Shown: positions 21,085 through 35,333 of the stretch, piece after piece
How the letters are laid out: the number at the start of each line of letters is the position of its first letter
How positions within the stretch are numbered: position 1 is the first letter of the stretch
Assembly (NCBI GenBank): GCA_030390025.1
Contig: CM059429.1
Coordinates: 54,746,001-54,810,000, forward strand
Direction: 5' to 3'
DNA: 64,000 bases
Origin: Squalus acanthias
Lineage: Eukaryota
Translations under genes and position numbers: made by a program
The notes under the pieces: generated by a model
The model's input: the letters and a program-made list of their open reading frames with translations, nothing else
Told to the model about the DNA's origin: nothing
The model's database searches: none

Positions 21085-24000
21085 AGAATTACATAGAATT
21101 TTACAGCACAGAAACCGGCCACTTGGCCCAACAGATCTGTGCCGGTGTTTATGCTGCACACGAGCCTCCTCCCACTTTACTTCATCTCACCCAATCAAAA
21201 TATCCTTCTATTCCTTTATTCTTCTATTCCTTTAATCTTCCAGAATTCCCTAGATTCTCGAACGGTCCCCAAGGATTGGAAGGATGCAAACATAACCCCA
21301 CTATTTAAGAAAGGAGGATGACATCAGTAGTAGGCAAAATGCTAGAATCTATTATTAGGGATGTGGTAACAGGGCACTTAGAAAATCATAATATTTAAGG
21401 AGTAAAAATCATCACATACAAAGTAGGAAAATATAAAATTTGCACGATAACAATAAATATTGTCGACGACAACAACCCTCAATCTTCCAGCAAAATATTT
21501 AAGGAGGGATATACATGCATTGGAGGCAGTTCAGAGAAGGTTCACTAGGTTGATTCCTGAGTTGAAGGGGTTGTCTTATGAGGAAAGGTTGAGTGGGTTG
21601 GGCCTATACTCATTGGAGATTAGAAGAATGAGAGATGATCTTATTGAAACATATAAGATTCTGAGGGGGAATTGACAGGGTAAATGCTGAGAGGATGTTT
21701 CCCCTCGTGGGGGAATCTAGAACTAGGGGGCATAGTTTCAGAATAAGGTGTCGCCCATTTAAAACGGAGATGAGGAGGAATTTCCTTTCTGAGGGTCATG
21801 AATCTTTGGAATTCCCTACTCCAGAGAGCTGTGGAGGCTGTGTCATTAAATATATTCAAGGCGGAGATAGACAGATTTTTGAAAAACAGGGAAATGAAGG
21901 ATTATGGGGAGCGGGCAGGAAAGTGGAGTTGAGGCCAAGATCAGATCAGCCATGATCTCATTGAATGGCGGAGCAGGCTCGAGGGGCCAAGTGGCCTACT
22001 TCTGCTCCTATTTCATATGTTCATATGTTCATTAGGCAGAGTCAACATGGTTTTATGAAAGTGAAATCGTGTTTGACAAATCTGTTCGTTTTATGAAGAT
22101 GTAACTAGTAGGATGGATAAGGGGGAACCAGTGGATGTAGTGTATTTGAATTTTCAAAAAGCATTCGATAAGGTGCCACACGAGGTTATTTCACAAAATT
22201 AGGACTCATGCTTTTGGGGTTAATATATTAGCATGGATTGAGGATTGGTTAACGGACAGAAAACAGAGAGTAGGAATAAACGGGACTTTTTCAGGTTGGC
22301 AGGCTGTAACTAGCGGGGTACCGCAAGGATCAGTGCTTGGGCCTCAGCTATTTACAATCTATATTAATGACTTAGATGAAGGGACTGAGTGTAACGTATC
22401 CAAGTTTGCTGATGATACAAAGTTAGGTGGGAAAGTAAGCTGTGAGGAGGATGCAAAGAGGTTGCAGAGAGATATAGACAGGTTGACTGAGTGGGCAAGA
22501 ACATGGCAAATGGAATACAATGTGGGGAGTGTGAAGTTATCCACTTTGGTAGGAAAAACAAAAAAGCAGAATATTTTTTGAATGGTGAGAGACTGGGAAA
22601 TGTTTGCACTCAGGGACCTGGATGTCCTTGTACATAAATCACAGAAAGTTAACATGCAAGTACAGCAACAATTAGGAAAGCAAATGGTATGTTAGCTTTT
22701 GTTACAAAGGGATTAGAGTATAAGAGTAAAGAAGTCTTTCTACAATTATACAGGGCATTGGTGAGGCCACCTCTGGAGTACTGTGTACAGTTCTGGTCTC
22801 CTTACCTAAGGAAAGACATACTTGCCTTGGAGGGAGTGCAGCAAAGGTTCACTAGACTGGTTCCTAGGATGAGGGGATTGCCCTATGAGGAGAGATTGAG
22901 TAGACTAGGCCTATATTCCTTAGAGTTTAGAAGAATGAGAGGTGATCTAATTGAAACATATAAAATTCTTAAGGGTCTTGACAGGGTTAATGCTGGGAAA
23001 ATGTTTCCCCTGGCTGGGGTCGCAGTCACAGATTAAGGGGTAGGCCATTTAGGACTGGGATGAGGAGACATTTCTTCACTCATTGGGTTGTGAATCTTTG
23101 CAATTCTCTACATCAGATAGCTGTGGCTGCTCAGTTGTTGAGTATATTCAAGACAGAGGTCGATAAATTTTTGGGAACAAAGGGAATTAAGGGATATGGG
23201 GATAGTGGAGTTGAGGTACAAGATCAGCCATGATCTTGTTGAATGACGGAGCAGGCTCGAAGGGCCAAATGGCCTACTCCAGCTCCTATTTCTTGTGTTC
23301 TTATGTTCTTATTTAGCTTCCCATTAAATACGTCTATGCTATTCACCTCAACCACTCCATACGGTAGTGAATTCCACATTCTAACCACTCTCTGGGTAAA
23401 GAAGTTTCTCCTGAATTTCTTATTGATTTATTACTGACTATCTTATACTTATAGCCCCTAATTTTAGACTCACCCACAAGTGGACATATCTTCTCTGTGT
23501 CTACCCTATCGAACCCCTTCATAATTTTAAAGACCTCTATCTTTTTTAGAGAAAAGAGCCCTATCTTCTTCTGTCTTTCCTGATAGTTGTACCCTCTCCG
23601 TCCTGGTATCATCTTTGTAAATATTTTTTGCACTTTTTCCAGTGCCTTTGTATCCTTTTTGTAATATGGAGACCAGAACTGTGCACAGTACTCCAAGTGT
23701 GGTCTAACCAAGGTTCCATATAAGTTTAACATCTCTGCTTTTGAATTCTATTCCTCTAGAAATTAACCACAGAGCTTTGTTTGCACTTTTCATAGCTTTG
23801 TTAACCTGCATTGCTGTTTTAAATGATTTGTGTTTCGGTTCCCTTTGCGTCTCTACCCCATTTAGACTCTTATTTTCCAAAGAGTCGGGGGCCACCTTAT
23901 TCCTCCTACCAAAATGCACCATCTCACACTTGTCTATATTGAAATTCATTTGCCATTTACACACCCATTCTTCAAGTTTGAAGTTTGTTAATGTCATCTT

Positions 24001-24240
24001 GTATATTGTTGCAGTAGTAATATTCTGAATATATCGGCCCGTATTTTCCGATCGCAGGAATATCTGGGCCAATATTTATTCTTTGCAATATAATTTCTGA
24101 ATCCATGTTGTTCGTGTCAGTTAGAAAAAACAGAGGTTCCAACACCGATCACTGTGTTGTAAAATAGTTTACTATTTTGTTTAGGCCTCAATTCAGATAT
24201 CAAGGATTCTTGCTTGATATCTTCCTGAAAGAAAAAAAGT
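21085..24240 (-). mobile_element. old CR1 3' part (tail 21085-21225, body 23313-24240) split by nested + strand CR1s
   Basis: HLEYCAQFWSP ORF fragments; tail sequence continues across the insertion. Confidence 0.75.
21226..23312 (+). mobile_element. CR1 RT and 3'UTR, itself containing a shorter CR1 3' fragment (~21495-22030)
   Basis: RT motifs, two complete 3'UTR tails; host resumes at attaggcagagtcaac (22031). Confidence 0.88.
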
Positions 24241-24279
24241 TCAATAATCTGTATTGCTTACAGATAACATAAACACATC

Positions 24280-24545
24280 AGCTCCTTCCCTCCCCTTTCC
24301 ATTTTCTGGAGAGACCATTCCCTTTGCAACACCCTGATTCACTCTTCCATCACCCAACTTCCAACTTCCCTCCCCCAGCACCATTCCATGTAAATGCAGG
24401 AGATGCAACGCCTGCCAATTCACCTTTTCTCACACCTTTATCCAATGGCCCAAACACTCCTTCTGTGAGACAGGAATTTACCTGTACTTTCTCTGATCAA
24501 TTATACTGTGTTTGCTGCTCATGGTACAATCTCTACACCAGCGTT
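24280..24545 (+). mobile_element. decayed Penelope fragment (GIY-YIG region)
   Basis: similar to 45330-45600. Confidence 0.7.
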
Positions 24546-25464
24546 GTCCAATACATTAGCCACTAGTCACGTGGCTAATTGCGTATCTGATTAGTAAATA
24601 AAAAATGAATAATAAACACAGTCATTGAGCAAGTTATCATGATACTCAACCTCACGGCATATGTATGTATGCATGCGTAATTTCACTTTTTTTGCATTTT
24701 TTGGTAAAATGGTAAAACAAAAAGCAGAGCGTGCAAGTGTTTTTTGATCATTGTGAGTGCATTACTTCCTTGGTTACTGAATGGTGATAGATGTTTAAGT
24801 AAATATGCATGTGAAGTTCATACACCTGTATTGTGTGAGTGTAGCTGTAGTTTTCTACTAAAATTACTGCCTATGATTAAAACGGTGTTGCCGTAGTCAC
24901 ACCTGTGGTTAGTCAGCAATTTCTATTGGACAGCATCATTGGGTGACTGTTTTACTGAACACCTCCATTCTCTGCACAAAGGCAGCCCTAAGCTACATGT
25001 GGCTTGCCACTTTTAATTCTGCATTCCCACTCTGACCTCTTCTTGGCTTTGTATACTGTTCTAACAAAGCTCAATGCAAGCTTCAGGAACATTGGGGTAT
25101 ATTTTAACTTTCACTGCCAGGTGGAAAACTGGCGGTGGTGGATCAGCCACCCAATTTTCCTTTCCGTTTGTCGCGGATCTTTCACACACTCTTTGTTTCT
25201 TTAATGTCTTTTATTTCTTCATATGCTTCTGTCTATTACTTGACTTAGGTGATCTTTCACTTCACTTTATTGATGCTTTCTCTCTTTTTTTTAAATTAAA
25301 TCTCTATTCCTCCCTTTTTTCTGATTATGTTAATATACCTGTCTGTCTCTTATTTTTTGAGTCCTGAAGAAGAGTACCGCCAATAGGATTTTTAACTGCA
25401 GAGCCAAAACAGGAGAATATACGTCAGAGGAGATAATGATCAAATTTTTTTAGTGCTCTTGAGT

Positions 25465-25910
25465 AATCTGTCTAGTTCTGGTCACCAAGAACAAGAGACA
25501 TTCAAGCGCTGGAGGCAATGCAGAGATGAAGAGAAGAGCCACAAGGTTGAACCTCAGTGTCTTGTGTTTTGAGGAAGGACAGGAGAAAGTTGGGCTTTTC
25601 AGCCTAGAAAGGAAACAACTGAGAACTGATCTTGTAGTGATGCATTTAAGATTATTAAGGGTATAGAAAAAGTGTGGGAGTAGAACAAGAGGACACAGGT
25701 TTAAACTAGATAGATATCAGGAAATTCACACACACAGAATGATCAACATGTGGAATAAACTTCCAGATAGAGTCGTGGCGGCAAAACCACTAAAATCATT
25801 TAAGAAACAATTGGATAGTGCAATTGGTGGACATTTGGATCTCTCTGGGTGAATGAATCAACAGGGCCGAATGGCCTTCCTCATCTGTAATTATCTTGTG
25901 ACCTTGTTCT
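25465..25910 (+). mobile_element. old CR1 3' fragment
   Basis: gttctggtcacc, agaacaagaggacac, gggccgaatggcc tail. Confidence 0.7.
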
Positions 25911-27044
25911 TGTACCTCACTGCCAGTCCTATACAGATTGCTCCTATTGTGTTGTTCGTCACTAATGGCTCCATTCAGCTTGTTTTTGTCTGTGGTTTCT
26001 CATTATCAGTTCCACGCTGATTGTTCTCCTCTTGCTACGCATAGTAATGAGAAATCATGCCCATGAGAATAGGGAATGGGAGCAATTGTTCCTTAGAGAA
26101 AGTACAGTAGTTGGAAGAGTTAAACCTAAAAATTCACATAAATCACTGAACAAGTGGTGTAGAAGGAAGTGTCATGTATAATAATGCCTTTTAAAATTAA
26201 ACAGTTTCTAATTTGCATTTTTGAAAAAAAAATTCTACCCATTTGTGTTGCCTTCTCAATTTTATTTTGAAGAATGAATATTGATGAAGGCACCAGGGAA
26301 CTGGTTGGGAGCTGAACAGTACAAGAAAGCTGAATGAAGACATACACTTGAAATGACATGACCACTGAAGTACCCTAGGTTAGTCCCTGTATTTGTCGAG
26401 GTTAATTTAGTTTCTTCTCAATGTTGGGTCAGTAACTTCTTCAGTCCGGTTTCCTCCAATGATATAATTAGTGCTCATTGCTTAAATAATAATACACACA
26501 AAATCAATAGAAATAAGCAGAAAAAATAAGCAAAATGAATCCTAATTATTTTTAGCCGTTTGATTTTTAAAGGAGATGCCTGATTGTGAGAATCACCTTG
26601 TTTAAAACAAATAATTGAAATGACCTAAACTACATGTATTGAAGGTATAGAGATGCACCAAAGGTTCTGGGAACATTTGAAACTGTGCAGCTGATATCAC
26701 TCTCTGTCTAGGCAGTGACTGAGATGTTCGGTAGCAGGAAGTGGGCATTAACAGTTAAAATAAAATTACGACCGGCTTCTGATTTTTTTTCTCTTTCAAA
26801 GTAATGTGTTCAAGGGCAAACCTCCATTTACAAAAAGTGCTAAAATCTAAATTTAAGCAGCATTTTAAACTTGTTCACAATCTATTCTGAACGTCAGGCC
26901 AGACTATGATCACGGCCTGTTCTACAGTACTGTATTTATTTATTAAACATTACATTCATACATATATTTCAGGAAGTCATTATACATATTGATATGTTGT
27001 GAGGTCAGTATACAATTTGCACATTTCTTGGGAAGAATAAATTT

Positions 27045-27305
27045 AAAAAAGATTGCAAATGCTAGAAATCTGAAACAAAACCAAAAAATACTGGAAATAA
27101 ACAGCAAACCTTTCAACATCTGTAAAAGAAAAAGACAGGTTAATATTTTGATTGTGAAACTTTCATAGGACCAGAAATAGGCTATTCAGCCCCTCGAGCC
27201 TGTTCCGCTCACTTTGTCGGAATGCTTTTTGATGAAGGCCAATTTTCTTTCTTTCAGGTGCTGATAGAACCGCTGTGTATTTCCAACATTTAATGTTTTT
27301 GTCCA
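27045..27305. mobile_element. decayed Penelope terminal-repeat remnants in both orientations
   Basis: aatgctagaaatctgaaac..ctggaaa resembles 46060-46150 reversed. Confidence 0.5.
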
Positions 27306-27405
27306 GGGAAGAATATAATGAGTACATTGGTACGTTGATTTTGTTGGCCGGCTACACAAAAGTGTGTGCTTGAGGATTAAAGCAATTTGTTTGATCGAAT
27401 CTGCT

Positions 27406-27642
27406 GGGGTAAAGTTGGGCAAGGGTTGTGGCGGGCTTTGTTCTTATACCTGCATTGATCGGTGATCATGCTGAATCATGTCAGTGCCCTGGTTGGTCTT
27501 TGGGCAAGGCAGTAATGGTGACGGATGCTCCCCTCCTATGTTCATCCTGTTGAATGGACAGGGAAATCAGGTGGGGTGTATAACCGGCGGCGATCCGTTA
27601 CCTCCAGTTTTCCACCCAGTGGTGAAAGTTAAAATCTACCTC
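27406..27642. mobile_element. decayed MITE (GGGTA.. / ..AAATCTACC family)
   Basis: ends and core shared with 42633-42766, 48902-48973 and 25105-25170. Confidence 0.5.
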
Positions 27643-30600
27643 ATTTTCTCTGAAACATTTGCATTTTTGATGCAGTAGATGTAGGGTGTACTATGTGCTC
27701 ATACTGATTCACATCCAGTGTAATGTTAGTTTATCCCAAGCTTGCAGTTTGCATTTGCCACATTTACAGCTATTTAAATGGAAACTTAAAAACTTTGGAT
27801 CTGTGCTTCAAAACTTTCTTGTATTTTACATCAGTTCTGTTTTTCTTTTGGTCTCCATTCCATTTTTGATTCTTTCTATTTTTCTTTATTCCTCATTGTT
27901 TCATTTTTTTTCTTGATTTGTATGGTGAATTTCTATTAAAAGCAATCTATCTATTTTTACTATTTATACAGCTATGAAATTAAAGGAACACTGTAAAATA
28001 ACTGACATTTTCATTTTTTTCATTGTAACTAAAAACCTTTTACTCTTGGGCTTCACATTCTAGACCCCTGACTGAGAGAGCAGACAGGTGACATAATTTG
28101 CATCTGCCAATGCTGCTTTAGAGCTTTGACTTATTCCTGTTTTTTCCCCACTTTGTAGCAAAGTAACTGGACTTTTCCCCTTTGTCCATTTACTTGCTTC
28201 ACCCTCCTTCTTAGCAATACTGATCGATATATGTACATGACAATACTGAATATTGAAGTACTTACACTGGGACTCTTGTTTTCAAAATTAAATCCAGTAA
28301 GATTTATTTAATTACATTTGATAATATTAGAGGAAATACTAGATTATCGCAACAGCACCAAGACACATTAACATAAAAATAGCACACACAAGTCTTGCAA
28401 CTATTATGTAACTTGAAAGCATGCATACATTTTGAAAGAGTCAAAGGATATTCACTATCTAAAGGTTTAGTAATATTACACCATTAACCATAAGTTTCTT
28501 GTGTCATATTGTTTGTTGAAATGTAATTTTTACAGCTACAGTGGAATATTCTAATAAATTAAATTAGAGCATAATTTTGCTTTTAAGTACAAGAAGTACA
28601 ATTAACAAAGTAAAATGTTCTTTCTGTATACATGCACAGGTATGTTGTAATTCAAATGAAAGCTTGCATTAAAAACTGCAGCTTTTAGAAATAGTTCTGT
28701 TCAGTTTTAAATAGAAATCTTGGAGCTTTATGGAAGCAAATAAATATGCCTAATTTCTATAGTACAAAAAATGATTTTGTTTGACAAAATATTGTTGACA
28801 AACCACCTTGCATTTAGAAGAGTTATAAGGTGGAACACTGTAGATGTTTGATTTTATTCATTATTTTAATCACTAGTCTAGTTAAAAAGGAAACAGTAAT
28901 AAAAATTAATGGGCCAAAACATTTTTCCTAACATTCAGACCCATCTTCTGGAGCCCTGAGGGTTCACCAGGTACCAAAGAATAGAATGAAAGGTTACAGC
29001 AGATGCATCTGTTTAATGCTATATAGGAGGCCAACATTTGCTTGCTTCTAGTTGACACAAGGGAGCCTCAGCAATCTGGTTCCATTGTATCTAATCCTGT
29101 GAGTATTTATCAGAAGTTGTTAGAAAAATGAAATGTTACTGATAATAAATAATCGACAATTAAGCTGGGTTTAAAATCCTTAACTGCTGGAAGCTTGGCG
29201 CTCTCAATTCGTGTACAGTTAATTGATATTTACTATTGTATCTAGAATGTTATAATTCAACATTCTTTTTAAATGCTCGATGAATGATAGCATGAACAAC
29301 ATCCCCATGGAGAGAGTATTTTAATTTACATGGCCTGCATTGCACCGAGTGTTGCACTCTTGGGCCTGCTGGAGATTATTTGTAAGATAAGTATGATGAG
29401 CAGGTGAAGGTATTGTTAAACTGGTTCAATAGCAATGAATGTAATTAAAAAGCTAAATCCATTTTGATAGGATTGCAGAATATATCGGTCTAATTGAAAT
29501 GGTTCAATCTGTGGCTTCTGTGGAGACAAATGAAGAGTACAGGAAAACATTTAGAGAAATATGAAATCAAGCAAAACCCACTGAGTGATATGATTGGATT
29601 TAGTTTGCTGTAATTAACTTTTAATGCACAAAATAAACTTTGGAGGAGTAAAGTGGTCCAGATTTGTTGGTGTAATATGCTGGGGAATCACTCTCCTTCA
29701 TTTTGTTTCTATTTGATTTCAGAACAGTATCTGTCGAGGGTTTTAGATCTAAAAGCACGATCATCAAGAAACTCCTTAGTCATTTTTTAACCAGACACTT
29801 GGATGGAATAGAGTTTAATCCAGAAAAACAACAATTTTGCCAGTTAGTATTTTACTTGGATCAGAGTCAGGTTGGGTCACAGCTTCTACGTAGTGGAAAC
29901 TATACTGTTAAATTATGTGATTGGATCAAAATTATGGTCACTTCATGCAGGTGTTTTGCTGAAAAAATTCCACTCGGATTCAAAATCTAATCTAATATAT
30001 ATGATAACCCTAACACAACAGAATGCTCAGCCAGTTGTGTTTTTTGAGAAATTCTTTAGCTTGGGCTAAGTTTTTTATATACTTCATAAGCCATTGAAAG
30101 TACAACAACTTTTGGTTACAAAACGATTCATCTACGTTCCAAATGAAACTATAATGTCATATTATGAGGTCACTTTTGTTACATACTGAGTTATTACTGT
30201 TTGTTTTATTCATTACAGTTGACATATTAAGCTCCTGTATTTTGCATAAAGGACACAATATTGCAGCATATTGGCAAGCTGCTTTGCTTTTCACAGCTAA
30301 TGTTATGTCCTAATATCAACCCCTAGGGATAAACACATGTATAAAGACTGGAAGCAAATGAGGCCCTGCAGCAGGTGGGCTTTTGCAGCCTAATGAATGT
30401 GGCAATCTGTTACTATCACTGCAGTGCTTTTTACCAGACAATTAGTCAACTAAGCGTGTAATTATTCCAGGCCAACAAGAAGAGGCTCTTCTCTAATTTC
30501 ATCTTTTCATTGCTGTTTACTCACCCACACTCCCCTCATTAATGAGAGATTTTCCAGTCCACATTAATTGGTTTCAATAACATTCATTTTAGTTGAAAGG

Positions 30601-32189
30601 GAATGATTCTGTTAATTGGGAAGTGGAAGCATCTTTTCATTTCAAGTGCGTCCTACTACAGTGCTTTGAATAGACTCAACAGGTCTTAGCTAATGAAATT
30701 AAGTTACATAGCAACAGCAAAACTAAATTAAATTTATCTACATTGAAGCATGTAGCAAAGCTCCTGTGCAATTACTACAAAATGTACAAAAAAGTAATAT
30801 AAATACAATGCATCTGAATAAAGAAGGCATAATTCTTCAGAGCTTCTCAGCAACATAATTAACACTTGGACCTTCTTTCTGGTTAAATGTAATCAATAAG
30901 CTTTTAACTGCTAAACAAATTGATCTCACTGTTATTCTCTAGGTTAAATGTTTTTGGATTCTATTAAAATCACTTATGTCAGTGCTCTAATCAAGCTTAT
31001 TAGTGTTTTCAAGTAGTAGATGACATGTATTAGAACAGGTGCCATTTACTTTTGGGATCTGTGCGCAAGTTTAGCCTGAAAGACTGCAGTTGTGTCTTCC
31101 CTCTCAGGTGACTGGCAGCTCACAAGTGAAGTGCATCCCAGTCATATTAATTTGGTTCCTGATGGACATAAATCTGCCGGACAAAACTGACCCTAGAATT
31201 TGGAAACACTCGCCACTAATTTGGAGACATTGCTTTGGAAAACAATAAAAAAAAAAGGGTGTGGGAAATAGAACAGTCATGTTGGCAGGAATTGCTGCTA
31301 GAGTTGGGCTCCTGGGATTGCAACGTTCAAGTTCAGGTTGAAGTATGTGATTGCCAAATAATTGTTTGGAAACCATGCTTAGTATCCATGCTCCACCTAT
31401 ACTGGAGTGCTTGATACTATCACAGGATGAAAAGTGCATCAGCATTGCCATTTCTCCCGTTGATCATTATTTATATTTACATAGATCTCTCTCTTTTTTT
31501 CTCTATATATACATATATGTGTGTAAGACAAAGAAATGGGCACTCTTTTGCTTGTCTTTGCTGTCTTTGTGTTGCTGCTTCTCTCTGTTTCTCCTCTTCT
31601 GATTCTCTCTTTCCTCTTAGTAATATGAAAATAATGAACGCTCCCCCACATCATTGGGTTATTTTGCATGCCCTAAATACCCGCTTGCATTCTTCTTCTG
31701 AGCCTGGCAATACCTTGCCAATACTGCTTTCTGTTTAAAAACCTGATTGACTCTGTACATCTCTCTATTTTTATCTCCTTATGTTCACAACCTGAAAGGT
31801 GGATCTATACCAGACAACCCTGCATGAGACCAGGGACCTCCCAAAAAAATGGATGTGAGGTGTTTATCAATTGTTGAGACAGCCTAATGAATGACTTATT
31901 TACAGTCTTTGAGGAAACAACATCAAAACATAGCTCATTGGCATTTTAACCCTTGATGAAACTTTGCAGTTCTGTGACTAAATTTACAGCTGCCCTGCTT
32001 GATTTTTCTATCTCCATATGGATTGCTGCAAAGGTTACCAAAAACTGACATCTTTAGTTTCTTTTTCCATCACAAATGATTTACTGCCAGTTTCTTCTGA
32101 AGACATTGACTTCTTATTGGGATATGGTTACACAAGCAGTGATCACTTTTCAGTCCCTTGCCTAATTAACCATTTTTGATGCATAAGCT

Positions 32190-32468
32190 GCAAATGTCGG
32201 TAGCTTATTTAGCTTCATTGGGGCATCAAAGCCTGATTTTTGTCTTCACTCCGCATCCATATGCATACACTCCCAGCAGGTGTCACTGGATCGTCAGCAC
32301 GGATGGGAATCCTAACAGATCTTTCTTTCCCTAACTAAGTGGTATTAAGGCCAGTTACGACACCTCAGCACAGTCCTGCTTGAGATCTTATAATTCAGCA
32401 GGCAACAGGGATTGAAATTGGGAATTTCCTGGTTTGTATGGATCAGACTCACTGAATAAAAGCACTGA
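32190..32468 (-). mobile_element. ancient tRNA-derived SINE remnant (possibly AmnSINE2-like)
   Basis: degenerate B box and gatctcagc..ccagtgacacctgctggga core recognised from memory. Confidence 0.45.
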
Positions 32469-34669
32469 GTTGTTGGGAAGTTCTTCCTTTCCCAAATTAT
32501 GAACCTCAGCCAAACTCTTAAAATTGGATAAAAATCTTAATTCTATCACGGTTACATTGTAAAATTTCAACCTAAATATGATAGTAAATATTTATGAAAA
32601 TTTTAAATGTACAATTTCATCTTAAATTCAGCAGCCAAAAGTAGATGTGTTACATTCTTCATAGTGCCAACTAAGTGTTATGTGAAAGGTACATTGTCTT
32701 AAAGCATTATGCTATGATGACATGCAAAATGATATTATGAAACTGTCTTTTTCACTATTTATTGTCTTCCACATTCCAGTTTAAAAAAAAAACAACCATT
32801 TTTACCTAGCTACTTTTTAAACTTTATTTTTTAACCAGTACTTTTTCCTTTGTGTTTTGGAGTGTTAGACATAAGTTTTCTTTCTTTCGATCCAGGCATA
32901 TTTCTTTCAAGTTCCTCTTTGCTCTTACCTTAAAAATACTGGTCTGAAGTCTGGCCACAATCACTTTCAAATTAGTTCACTTTTGAATTTCTCCCCCATT
33001 TTGGATTTTGTGTCCACTGGAATCTTGTTTTTGGAAATATGAATCTTGCCGTTCTTAGTCTCAGATCACTAAATTCAATTGTTCATAGTTAATTTTGGGT
33101 CGTTTTTCAAGTATTGCAAGCCTCATTTAGTGGGAAAAGGAATGATTGCTGCCATACATCCTATCTGTAACAGAGACAATGATGAGAACACATTCGTCTC
33201 CAGATAAAATGGTTGGTGAGTTAGCAGAAAAGGGAGAATGATTATTTCTTCTCGTACGGTAAGTTTGGGTCTCTTGTTAACTAAGGTAGAAGAAAGGAGA
33301 ATGTACTTCAATGAAATAAACTAGTCACAAAATAAAATTTGAATGGGAAAAAGAAAACTAATATTGCTACTTGCGAATAAACTGGTAGAATCTCCTCTTA
33401 GCTATTCCAGTAAAGGGAAGAATGATACTACCACTAGGATGTGAAGCTGGAAAATTAGCATTAATTCTTGATATAGAAGAGTGAAAAAGATAATATTCCC
33501 TTCTGCGTATTTTTAGAGTAATATTGCTTATCAAGCTGGAAGAGGGATATCACATTTTTAATTTAACAAATATAACCATGATCAGGCTGGGCTGAAAGGA
33601 CCAGACAATCTCCCCAGGAATCCCTGATCTGCTATGGGTGCTTAAATTGCACAACTAGTCATCGATGGTTTGAGATTTCAACACCTAAATCAGACAGCGT
33701 AATTGATTCCTTCCACTCTTCAGCTGTGCCTCTAATTCTCGACATATTTAAATAATAGTTTCCCTGGTGTTCTTCGGGCCTAATCATTTTATCATCTTCC
33801 TTCCCACAACCACAAGGTTTTTAGTGTTTTATCTGTGTTATGTAGAATCTTGACAGCTGGTTTGCAGTTGAGTATGTGCACCTGTGGTTGTCAAGGTTAC
33901 CCAGTTTCATCCGCCCACAGATTTCTTTGATTTGCATAATTCTATCATATCAGTTTATTGCATTCCAGAATGAAGTTGATAAATGGCACATTCTGAAACT
34001 GATATCTTCTCCTAGGATTTTATCAGCCAATATATATTTTTTTTCTTAAATAATGAGTTTCAAAGATCGACCAAACTTTGTAGCAAGAGTAGCAAAGACA
34101 AAGAAAAAGGGGGAAAATCCAATACGCACAAACAACTTTTATTAAATAGTCCTGGAGCCACCTTGAGATATATTTGAAGTTGTAGCACCCTTTTCCCTAA
34201 CAGAAAACGTTTAAGACTCGTGTGTGACGGAGCATAGTCTAAGGATCATCTTTAGACCCATTCTGCCAATGGAAATGTCCATGCTGTGCTTTCATGTATT
34301 TAGTTATTTTTCATAATTTGGCTCCTGGACTATAATATGATAGTGACAATGGTACAACCCAAGGAAGACAGCTACAATTCTTGAATATACATTTTATGAT
34401 CTGCAACTGATTGAAGGTAGGATAAACTGACCCCTTGGTAACACTGCAATAAACATGTCTAGCAAGATTATGTTCTGCATAATAGAAAATATTTTAAGAC
34501 AATCTCAAATTGAAATTGAGTAGGCCTTGGCAACCTACAGCTTTGACATTAGCCTGCTCATGAATTGAATCCCAGATTGGTCCAGGATGCCCAAGGCTTA
34601 ACAATGCCAAGGCCCCCAACTTAATTAAAATTTTAGTTAAAACTTGAATTTTTAAATGCTTACAGTTAC

Positions 34670-34785
34670 AAAATATTACAGTGTATTTACAGCACAGAAA
34701 CTGGCCATTCGGGCCAACAGGTCCATGCCAGTGTTTATGCTTCCCGTGAGCCTCATCCCACCCTTATTCATCTAACCCCATCAAA
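34670..34785 (-). mobile_element. CR1 3' tail fragment
   Basis: closely similar to 21095-21200. Confidence 0.75.
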
Positions 34786-35333
34786 TATTAACTTATTAAA
34801 TAAGTTAATTCAACTTACTTAGTTAAAGTTTTAGTTACAACTTTTAAACAGTTAAAGTTATTTCAACTTACTTTAAAATTTCAGTTTAGTGTGTAATGGC
34901 TACCTTCTGCGTTTGTTGTGAAATGTGATTCTCAGATCTATGCAAGAGCACGTGCTTGGAAGCAGTCAATCAGAAGAGGGTTCTGCGACCATTATGAGCT
35001 CCAATTTAGGAGTCATGTGATTTTTACACATCAATTAGATCTCTCAAAAGGGAAAGATAGACAGGGGTGGACACTTTGTGTTATTTATATAGATTTATTC
35101 ACAAGTATAATCCTCTGCTGGTTGTTGAGACACACATTATGTTGTGTACCACAGAAATCCATTTTTTACTGCAGTGCATTGATGCATTCTGAGTCAAAAT
35201 TATATAATTGTGTACTGCTAGCACTCTTTAGTTGTATGATTTTTCATAGAATTTTGATTTATCAAATATTTACTGAAGTGGGATTTTCAATATTTACAAG
35301 TGAAGAGAAAATAGTTAAGTGAATAAGATTGTA

